Part shown: piece by piece, positions 6,979 to 13,568 of the stretch
Position numbering within the stretch: position 1 is the first letter of the stretch
Layout: every line of letters starts with the position of its first letter
Origin: Corynebacterium glutamicum ATCC 13032
GTDB taxonomy: Bacteria; Actinomycetota; Actinomycetes; Mycobacteriales; Mycobacteriaceae
NCBI RefSeq assembly: GCF_000011325.1
Contig: NC_003450.3
Location: 2,400,001 to 2,432,000, forward strand
Length of the DNA stretch: 32,000 nt
Direction: 5' to 3'
Translations under genes and position numbers: made by a program
The notes under the pieces: model-generated
The model's input: the letters and a program-made list of their open reading frames with translations, nothing else
Databases searched by the model: none
What the model was told of the DNA's origin: nothing

Positions 6979-9033
6979 ATGAACTTTAGTTTGGTGCATC
7001 TTCGGGAAAACGTCCGCCGTGTATCGGTCACTGTGGCAATTGGAGCTGGCGCGCTCCTTATCAGTGGACCATTTTTTACTGCTCACACTGCAGAAGCCAC
7101 AGAAACATATGTCTTGGCTGAATCACCAGAATTTTACCAAGACAATGTCACTGACTACACCGGCCAGATTTCCTCGTCCGATATCACCAACATTCAGGCT
7201 GCCATCGATGATGTAAAGGCATCTGAACAAAAGGTTATTTTCGTTGTTTTCCTAAGCTCTTTCGACGGAGTTGACCCTGAAACGTGGACGCAGCAAGCAC
7301 TCCAAGCCAACGGCGGCGGAAACGTCTTGATTTATGCACTCGCTCCCGAGGAACGGCAGTACGGCATCCAAGGTGGTACTCAATGGACCGACGCTGAACT
7401 CGACGCCGCCAACAACGCTGCTTTCCAGGCACTTTCCCAAGAAGATTGGGCAGGCTCTGCACTAGCGCTGGCAGAATCAGTTGGTTCTAGTTCTTCCAGC
7501 TCTTCGGGCTCGTCCAGCTCTTCCGATTTTTCCGGCGCTTGGTTGGCTGCTGCGGGCGTTGGCACAGTGGCCGCTGGTGGCGGAATTTGGGCCTATTCCC
7601 GCAGCCGCAAGAAGAAAACAAGTGCTGCAACCTTGGAAGATGCACGCGAAATCGACCCGCGCGATACCAACCGCCTCATGCAGCTTCCCATGGAAACTCT
7701 CGAACACCTTGCCCAAGAAGAGCTCACCTCCACTGATGACTCCATCCGTCGCGGAAAAGAAGAGCTCGCTATCGCTACCTCCGAGTTCGGACCAGAGCGC
7801 ACCCGCAGCTTCAACCGCGCCATGAACCACTCCACCGGCACCCTGCAAAAAGCCTTTGAGATTCAGCAGCGCCTCAACGATTCTATCCCAGAATCCGAAG
7901 CCGAACGTCAATCCATGCTGGTAGAAATCATTTCATCCTGTGGCCAAGCCGACGATGCCCTCGACGCCGAAGCCCAAAACTTTGCCGATATGCGCAACCT
8001 GCTGATCAACGCGGGCAGCAAATTGGATGCTCTCACCCAAAAATCCGTCGACCTGCGCACCCGCCTCCCCAAGGCCCAAGAAACACTCGCTGGCCTGCGC
8101 ACTCGCTACTCAGCAGAGGTCCTTGAAAGCATCGACGACAACGTCGACCTCGCCAGCGCTTCGCTCGACGAAGCAGAAGAAGTCCTGCCACAGGCGTACG
8201 AGATAGAGTCCATGCCCGCAGGCGAGCAGGGCGGGCTTATCGACGCGATCCGTCACATCGAGCACGCCATCACTACCGCAGACAAACTCCTCGCGGGCGT
8301 CGAGCATGCCGATGAAAACATCTCCACAGCCAAAGCAAACGTTGCCGATCTGATCCAAGAAATCTCAGACGAAATCAACGAAGCCGGCCAACTCAAACAA
8401 AGCGCAGGAGCCGACGGTGCCCGTGCCGACTGGGCCTCCCTCGACGATGCTGTCCGCGCAGCCAGCGCAGCACTAATCACCGCATCAGCAGACGCCGAAA
8501 AGGATCCGCTCGGAACCTACACAGAACTTGTCGATGTCGACTCCGCCCTCGACACTCAACTTGACACACTTCGCGCCACCGCAGCTGATCAAGCCCGCCA
8601 GCTACGCGTATTCGACCAACAGCTGCAATCTGCAAGAAGCCAAATCCAAAAGGCCGAAGACCTCATCTCCACCCGCGGTCGCATCGTAAAATCCGAAGCC
8701 CGCACCCACCTGGCCAACGCACAAAAGCTGTACGCCATGGCACAACAAAACCGCACCCGCGACACCCGTGCAGGAATTGATTACGGACGTCAAGCAGCAG
8801 TCGCAGCCCAACGCGCCAGCAAGTCAGCACAAAACGACATCACCACCTACAACAATCGCCACAATTCCGGTGGCGGAACCACCGGTGCGATTGTCACCGG
8901 CATGGTGATCAACTCGATTCTCAACAGCGGCCGCGGTGGCGGTTTCGGTGGAGGCGGAGGCTTTGGTGGAGGCGGTGGCGGCTTCAGCGGTGGTGGCGGT
9001 GGCGGAGGAGGGTTCCGCGGAGGCCGCTTCTAG
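6979..9033 (+). CDS. TPM-domain membrane protein with a long cytoplasmic coiled-coil-like region and a Gly-rich tail
   Basis: The track ORF starts at 6946 (GTG), but the ATG at 6979 is preceded by aaggtgggg-acc, a good Shine-Dalgarno sequence. Domain order: signal or transmembrane segment (VTVAIGAGALLISGPFFTAHTAEA); a TPM-like ectodomain (VTDYTGQIS...VIFVVFLSSFDG...VLIYALAPEERQYGIQGG); a poly-Ser run; a transmembrane segment (AWLAAAGVGTVAAGGGIWAY) with an RSRKKK stop-transfer; about 430 aa of Ala/Glu/Leu/Gln-rich helical sequence; and the terminal GGGFGGGGGFGGGGGGFSGGGGGGGGFRGGRF. Confidence 0.8.
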   Translation: MNFSLVHLRENVRRVSVTVAIGAGALLISGPFFTAHTAEATETYVLAESPEFYQDNVTDYTGQISSSDITNIQAAIDDVKASEQKVIFVVFLSSFDGVDPETWTQQALQANGGGNVLIYALAPEERQYGIQGGTQWTDAELDAANNAAFQALSQEDWAGSALALAESVGSSSSSSSGSSSSSDFSGAWLAAAGVGTVAAGGGIWAYSRSRKKKTSAATLEDAREIDPRDTNRLMQLPMETLEHLAQEELTSTDDSIRRGKEELAIATSEFGPERTRSFNRAMNHSTGTLQKAFEIQQRLNDSIPESEAERQSMLVEIISSCGQADDALDAEAQNFADMRNLLINAGSKLDALTQKSVDLRTRLPKAQETLAGLRTRYSAEVLESIDDNVDLASASLDEAEEVLPQAYEIESMPAGEQGGLIDAIRHIEHAITTADKLLAGVEHADENISTAKANVADLIQEISDEINEAGQLKQSAGADGARADWASLDDAVRAASAALITASADAEKDPLGTYTELVDVDSALDTQLDTLRATAADQARQLRVFDQQLQSARSQIQKAEDLISTRGRIVKSEARTHLANAQKLYAMAQQNRTRDTRAGIDYGRQAAVAAQRASKSAQNDITTYNNRHNSGGGTTGAIVTGMVINSILNSGRGGGFGGGGGFGGGGGGFSGGGGGGGGFRGGRF

Positions 9034-9053
9034 CCTGAAACGAGCAAAACCAA

Positions 9054-9091
9054 GTGACCGAAGAGACCTCGCATAGGACATTTTCGGTCAC
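9054..9091 (-). terminator. Hairpin with a U-rich tail on the minus strand (candidate terminator for a leftward transcript)
   Basis: 9-bp inverted repeat gtgaccgaa (9054-9062) / ttcggtcac (9083-9091) with a 20-nt loop. On the minus strand it is followed by ttggttttgctcgttt. On the plus strand it is followed by ctgggatgg, with no T-tract. Confidence 0.4.
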
Positions 9092-9112
9092 CTGGGATGG
9101 CAGCAAACTTGA

Positions 9113-9228
9113 ACTTGGCTCAAATTAGTGCCGAAGGCGAGTCAACGACCCTAATCCTCCACTTCTTTAAATGAGATAGAGGTCTTTACGGAACTCTTTC
9201 CTTCACACCGAGGGCAACTTAGTGCGGA
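9113..9228. repeat. 116-bp direct repeat, copy 1
   Basis: acttggctcaaattagtgccgaaggcgagtcaacgaccctaatcctccacttctttaaatgagatagaggtctttacggaactctttccttcacaccgagggcaacttagtgcgga. It aligns without gaps to 9585-9700, and by hand I count 11 mismatches in 116. Confidence 0.85.
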
Positions 9229-9584
9229 AAACCTATGATTCACCAGCCCAAACATCCTGGTCAGGGCGCCAATGTGATCTTCCACAACACAAAATGAGCA
9301 AAGTCATTACACGGCGGTTTAAGCGGTTGGGATCGTGGAACGGGTATTTGCGTCGGTTAGTGGGTGGGAGGCTCTTAAACGCGATTCTGAGAGGGCACTT
9401 TCTGGGCCTCCCAATGGGAGTTTACGGCCGAAGTTGGAGGGGGCTGCATTTTGAGGCCAAACGCCGGTTGGGGAATGGGGATCTTGGTTTGATATTGCAG
9501 TATCGGCGCCGGAAAGTGTTCATTTAAGGCCAAACGCGGGGTCGGCATAAGCAGTTTTGGTTCGAAACGAACGTGGCCTAGCTG

Positions 9585-9700
9585 ACTTGGCTCAAATTAG
9601 TGCCGAAAGCGAGTCCACGACCCTAATCCTCCACTTCTACAGATGAGATAGAGGTCTTTACGGAACGATTTCTTTCACACCGAAGGAAACTAAGTGCGGA
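9585..9700. repeat. 116-bp direct repeat, copy 2
   Basis: acttggctcaaattagtgccgaaagcgagtccacgaccctaatcctccacttctacagatgagatagaggtctttacggaacgatttctttcacaccgaaggaaactaagtgcgga. It is offset by exactly 472 bp from copy 1, and the flanks outside the 116 bp are unrelated. Confidence 0.85.
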
Positions 9701-9776
9701 GATTGGATCCTTCAAAGGAAATGATCCCCCGGCTACAAAAAACAGGTGGAGGGGTGCGTCGATAAGCAAAAAGCTT

Positions 9777-10265
9777 TTAAATTTTCGGCCGGCGCACGGC
9801 CGAATCCACCAGGACGCACGCCCAGCTCAAAAATACTGCGTCGACGAACGGCAACGCCTCGCTGCCCGCGGTGCCCACAATGAATTCGACTTTACCGCTG
9901 GTCATCGGGCGAAGCCGCGCCACTTCCACCCCATTGTTGGTGATCAGGCGTTCTTTACGCCACGGCGACACCCTTTTTAGTGAATACGTCCGGCGCCCGC
10001 ACACCGCAGTGAGATCCCCCACAGTGAAAGAATTCTGAGTCATCGTATAGACCTCACCCCCGGACAGTGTTGCGCGGCAACGAAAACGCATGGTGCCGGG
10101 GGTGGATTCGATGAGTAGTCGTTCGCGATCCACGTAGAGGACGTCGGAGCGAACGTCGGCGATGACCTCGCCGGACTCGTCGAAAAGTTCATTACCGAGC
10201 CACACCCATGTTTCTTCTGTGTGGCTACCGAAGATGCCTGCTTTGGGGCGCTGAGCGTCTACCAT
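9777..10265 (-). CDS. Hypothetical protein (162 aa), distant paralog of the upstream gene; possibly beta-rich and tubby/LURP-one (DUF567)-like
   Basis: The ATG at 10265 is preceded by AAGGA-ccatgca within the 12-nt spacer after the upstream stop. The C-terminal part GVEVARLRPMTSGKVEFIVGT...AVFLSWACVLVD parallels NKVAQFTGMNNGVRRAIVEFEPD...EIFLSWVARK of the neighbouring gene. The fold assignment is a guess. Confidence 0.65.
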   Translation of the reverse strand: MVDAQRPKAGIFGSHTEETWVWLGNELFDESGEVIADVRSDVLYVDRERLLIESTPGTMRFRCRATLSGGEVYTMTQNSFTVGDLTAVCGRRTYSLKRVSPWRKERLITNNGVEVARLRPMTSGKVEFIVGTAGSEALPFVDAVFLSWACVLVDSAVRRPKI

Positions 10266-10277
10266 TGCATGGTCCTT

Positions 10278-10862
10278 TTAGCTGAAAGTGAGGAAAATAA
10301 TGATTGGCGTCAAAATGATCAAAAACAGAGTCAGTCCCCAACTGGAGCCCAACATGCGGGATTCCAGAGTTTTCCGAGCAACCCACGACAAGAAAATTTC
10401 CTGCTCCTGGGTGACTTCTACGTCAGGCTCAAACTCCACAATCGCGCGACGCACACCGTTGTTCATACCGGTAAACTGAGCGACTTTATTCTCTTCAGAA
10501 TCGTCGATAATCCAATTGTTTTTATCTTCATTAACAGCAGCCATCGCGGTGCCGTCCATGTCGATTTCAATCCGCTTGGACTTGGTAAAGGTCTTCTCAC
10601 CTGCATTCGCGCTGAACACACGACCATCAGGAAGCTTGGCAGTTGCCGTTCCATCAATACTGAAGGACAGTTCCCACTGCTGCTCATCAACCGTTGCGGT
10701 GGTTTCAAATGATTTGCTGGGAACTTCACCGAAAGTGGCTAAAACCTTTTCATCAGCACTATCAGTGGTGCTGCGAAGTAGGTTAATAAAAAGCTTCCCG
10801 TCATTCTTGAAACGCTTGCCCCAAGACGTATAGGAGGTCACAATCAGATCCTTCGAAGTCAT
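10278..10862 (-). CDS. Hypothetical protein (194 aa) with a C-terminal transmembrane tail; paralog of the downstream gene
   Basis: The ORF ends with LGSSWGLTLFLIILTPIIIFLTFS, a hydrophobic tail anchor. By eye it is more Lys/Asn/Ile/Phe-rich, and its DNA more AT-rich, than neighbouring genes. It has no Shine-Dalgarno sequence. On the minus strand TATTCT-gttcgc-ATG would fit a leaderless transcript. Confidence 0.65.
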   Translation of the reverse strand: MTSKDLIVTSYTSWGKRFKNDGKLFINLLRSTTDSADEKVLATFGEVPSKSFETTATVDEQQWELSFSIDGTATAKLPDGRVFSANAGEKTFTKSKRIEIDMDGTAMAAVNEDKNNWIIDDSEENKVAQFTGMNNGVRRAIVEFEPDVEVTQEQEIFLSWVARKTLESRMLGSSWGLTLFLIILTPIIIFLTFS

Positions 10863-10871
10863 GCGAACAGA

Positions 10872-10900
10872 ATAGCACCGGCCTGTTAAGCCGGTGCTAT
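10872..10900 (-). terminator. Stem-loop downstream of glyS
   Basis: 11-bp perfect inverted repeat atagcaccggc / gccggtgctat with a 7-nt loop, 54 nt after the glyS stop. On the minus strand it is followed by tctgttcg, only a modest T content. Confidence 0.55.
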
Positions 10901-10953
10901 ATGTTGCTGCGATTACATTCGCCTTAGCGAATTATCGCTCTATTGGTTGCCGT

Positions 10954-12339
10954 TTAGCAGCCGATGAGGCGCTGAGCCAAGTAACCCTGCAGCTCATCAA
11001 GTGGAACACGAACCTGCTCCATGGTGTCGCGCTCACGCACGGTCACAGCGTTGTCCTCGAGAGAATCAAAGTCAACGGTGACGCAGAATGGAGTACCGAT
11101 CTCGTCCTGACGACGGTAACGGCGACCAATCGCACCTGAAGTGTCGTAATCAACGTTCCAGAATTCACGCAGCTCTGCTGCGAGCTTTTCCGCCAAAGGC
11201 GTCAAAGTGTCCTTCTTTGACAGCGGCAAGACCGCAACCTTAACCGGCGCAAGGCGACGGTCAAGCTTCAGAACAACACGCTTATCGACGCCACCCTTTG
11301 AGTTTGGTGCTTCGTCCTCGTGATAAGCATCCATCAGGAACATCATCATTGCGCGACCAAGACCTGCAGCAGGCTCGATTACGAAAGGAATCCAACGCTC
11401 ATTGGTCTCCTGATCGAAGAATGACAGGTCCTCACCAGAGCCCTCAGAGTGCACGCGAAGATCGTAATCAGTACGGTTCGCGATCCCCTCCAACTCGCCC
11501 CACTTGGTGTTAGCAAAGTTGAATGCGTACTCAATATCAACAGTGCGCTTGGAGTAGTGAGACAGCTTCTCCTGAGGGTGCTCGTACAGACGCAGGTTCT
11601 CAGGCTTAATGCCCAGGTTGATGTACCACTGCAGGCGAGTATCAATCCAGTGCTGGTGCCACTCTTCGTCCTCACCAGGCTTGACGAAGAACTCCATCTC
11701 CATCTGCTCGAACTCACGAGTACGGAAAATGAAGTTACCTGGGGTGATCTCGTTACGGAAAGACTTACCGATGTTCGCGATACCGAAAGGTGGCTTCATA
11801 CGTGAAGTGTTCATCACGTTCTTGAAGTTCACGAAGATACCCTGAGCAGTTTCAGGGCGCAGGTAGTGCAGACCCTCTTCGTCGTCCACAGGTCCCAAGA
11901 AAGTCTTCAGAAGACCAGAGAACGCCTTAGGCTCAGTCCAGTTACCTGGCTGGCCGGTCTCTGGATCGTTGATGTCAGCCAAGCCGTTTACAGGTGGGTG
12001 ACCATGCTTCTCTTCGTACTGCTCCAGCAGGTGGTCCGCACGGTAACGCTTGTGGGTGTTCAAAGACTCAACCAGTGGGTCAGTGAAGACCTCAACGTGG
12101 CCGGAAGTTACCCACACCTGGCGAGGAAGGATGACAGAAGTATCAACACCCACAACATCTGGGCGGGAAGTAACCATAGAACGCCACCACTGGCGCTTGA
12201 TGTTTTCCTTCAGCTCCACACCCAGCGGGCCGTAGTCCCACGCAGAGCGGGTACCGCCGTAGATCTCACCACAGGGGTACACCAGTCCACGTCGTTTACA
12301 CAGGTTAACCACGGTGTCGATGATCGATTGCTGAGCCAC
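10954..12339 (-). CDS. glyS: Glycine--tRNA ligase (class II, homodimeric GlyQS type)
   Basis: A 461-aa ORF beginning [52 protein letters not shown], with ...[25 protein letters not shown]... as the class II motifs. It starts with GTG at 12339, preceded by ggaggagag. Confidence 0.95.
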   Translation of the reverse strand: MAQQSIIDTVVNLCKRRGLVYPCGEIYGGTRSAWDYGPLGVELKENIKRQWWRSMVTSRPDVVGVDTSVILPRQVWVTSGHVEVFTDPLVESLNTHKRYRADHLLEQYEEKHGHPPVNGLADINDPETGQPGNWTEPKAFSGLLKTFLGPVDDEEGLHYLRPETAQGIFVNFKNVMNTSRMKPPFGIANIGKSFRNEITPGNFIFRTREFEQMEMEFFVKPGEDEEWHQHWIDTRLQWYINLGIKPENLRLYEHPQEKLSHYSKRTVDIEYAFNFANTKWGELEGIANRTDYDLRVHSEGSGEDLSFFDQETNERWIPFVIEPAAGLGRAMMMFLMDAYHEDEAPNSKGGVDKRVVLKLDRRLAPVKVAVLPLSKKDTLTPLAEKLAAELREFWNVDYDTSGAIGRRYRRQDEIGTPFCVTVDFDSLEDNAVTVRERDTMEQVRVPLDELQGYLAQRLIGC

Positions 12340-12580
12340 GTCGGATGCTCTCCTCCACGTCGAATGAAAAAATAACCGTCCCTTTTAGGACATACCCAAC
12401 CAATCCTAGCCCAACTAACGATGTTGCTTCCGCTGACCCCGTCATTTTGCGGTCTTCGCGATGTAAACTAGTTCTAATAACTATTTTTTCATTTCCCTCA
12501 TAAAAGGTTTATATAGAAGGTAAAATAGCAAGCGTGCTAGATCCATTCCAGACCTAGCCTAAGGACGGAAGGACTTCCCC

Positions 12581-12952
12581 GTGGCTCAACACTCAAATCG
12601 GAATTTCGTCACCCCTGCAGAAGAGTCCGAATCCACAGCATCAGCTGAGCTTCAGAAACTTGCAACAGCAAAAAACATCAAAGCGATCAGCCTGCTGATT
12701 AGGGCACTAGATTCCCCCTTAAGAATCGAAATCATCCTCGCCCTCAATGAAAGGCCCCACTACGTCCACGAATTGGTCAAGCTAGTAAAAAGTTCGCAAC
12801 CACTAGTGAGCCAGCACCTCAAAGTCCTTAAAACTGCAGGTATCGTCGACGCAGAACGTCAAGGCCGGCAAATGACTTATTCACTTGCCGAACCACTCGT
12901 CCTCGACATACTTCTCCTGGCACTAAACGCAGGGGTTGACACATCTGGGTAG
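12581..12952 (+). CDS. ArsR/SmtB-family metalloregulator
   Basis: A 123-aa ORF with LRIEIILALNERPHYVHELVKLVKSSQPLVSQHLKVLKTAGIVDAERQGRQMTYSL, a winged-helix ArsR HTH. It sits immediately upstream of a Fur-family gene, like the mycobacterial smtB-zur pair. It starts with GTG, and the exact start is uncertain. Confidence 0.8.
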   Translation: MAQHSNRNFVTPAEESESTASAELQKLATAKNIKAISLLIRALDSPLRIEIILALNERPHYVHELVKLVKSSQPLVSQHLKVLKTAGIVDAERQGRQMTYSLAEPLVLDILLLALNAGVDTSG

Positions 12953-12992
12953 ACTATCGAAGTACATTTTGTGTCATTGAGGAGGATCAACG

Positions 12993-13427
12993 GTGGGTAT
13001 CAATCGCATCAGCCAAGGCTCTGCCCCGAAGCTGGGAGTGCGAAGCACCAGACAGCGAAAAGCCGTAATTGACGTTCTTGAGGAAATCGATAACTTCGCT
13101 TCCGCCAAAGAAATCCATCACGAGCTATCCACCAGGGAACACAACGTCGGCCTCACAACCGTCTACCGAACCCTCCAATCCCTCGCCGACATCGGAGCAG
13201 TCGACGTACTTACCGTCACGGGTGGAGAAACTCTGTACCGCCAATGCCACGACGAGGGACACCACCATCACCTGGTCTGCACCAATTGCGGTCGCACAGT
13301 CGAAATCGATGGCGGTCCAGTAGAGACATGGGCACAGGAAATTGCCACTAAAAACGGCTTTGCTCTCAGTAGTCACGAGGCTGAAATCTTTGGACTTTGC
13401 GCTGATTGTAAGGAAAAAGTTACGTAG
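12993..13427 (+). CDS. zur: Fur-family transcriptional regulator, probably the zinc uptake regulator
   Basis: A 144-aa ORF with RSTRQRKAVIDVLEE...FASAKEIHHEL...VGLTTVYRTLQSLADIG...HHHHLVCTNCGRTVEI....FGLCADC, i.e. the Fur DNA-binding helix plus CxxC...CxxC structural zinc sites. The GTG start is preceded by gaggagga. The Zur assignment rests on synteny with ArsR-zur beside glyS in mycobacteria and corynebacteria. Confidence 0.8.
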   Translation: MGINRISQGSAPKLGVRSTRQRKAVIDVLEEIDNFASAKEIHHELSTREHNVGLTTVYRTLQSLADIGAVDVLTVTGGETLYRQCHDEGHHHHLVCTNCGRTVEIDGGPVETWAQEIATKNGFALSSHEAEIFGLCADCKEKVT

Positions 13428-13441
13428 TTCAAGGACATATG

Positions 13442-13480
13442 AAGCTGTCGAACATGTGAGTGCTCGACAGCTTTTCTATT
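13442..13480 (+). terminator. Rho-independent terminator after zur
   Basis: aagctgtcga (13442-13451) / tcgacagctt (13464-13473), a 10-bp perfect stem with a 12-nt loop, followed by ttctatttc. Confidence 0.7.
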
Positions 13481-13568
13481 TCGAAAAATAGCCTTGTATT
13501 CGAAAATTTGATCGGGTATGGTGGTTGGTATTAGCACAGGGAACTAAACGGGAAAGGGGGAAGACACC

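Noticed and set aside
9222-9527. A 101-aa plus-strand ORF (VRKTYDSPAQ...) between the 116-bp repeats
   Set aside because: It starts with a GTG inside the last bases of repeat copy 1. The equivalent frame after copy 2 diverges immediately and stops after about 22 codons. The protein is Arg/Gly/Leu-rich with no motif and no Shine-Dalgarno sequence, so it is probably not a gene.
9554-9576. A GGTTCGAAA motif resembling a tRNA T-loop
   Set aside because: The flanking bases do not form a T-stem, and no acceptor, D or anticodon arms can be drawn. Instead it forms a simple gttcg-aaa-cgaac hairpin.
9113-9700. Possibility that the two 116-bp repeats are a CRISPR array or IS inverted ends
   Set aside because: There are only two copies, the repeat is far too long for CRISPR, the orientation is direct rather than inverted, and there are no cas or transposase genes in the window.
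12340-12580. A Zur box or ArsR/SmtB operator in the glyS/ArsR divergent region
   Set aside because: Only short palindromes are present (AACTAGTT at about 12466-12473, gctag...ctagc at about 12535-12559), along with an AT-rich stretch containing a taaaat -10-like hexamer. I cannot match these to a known operator consensus from memory with any confidence.
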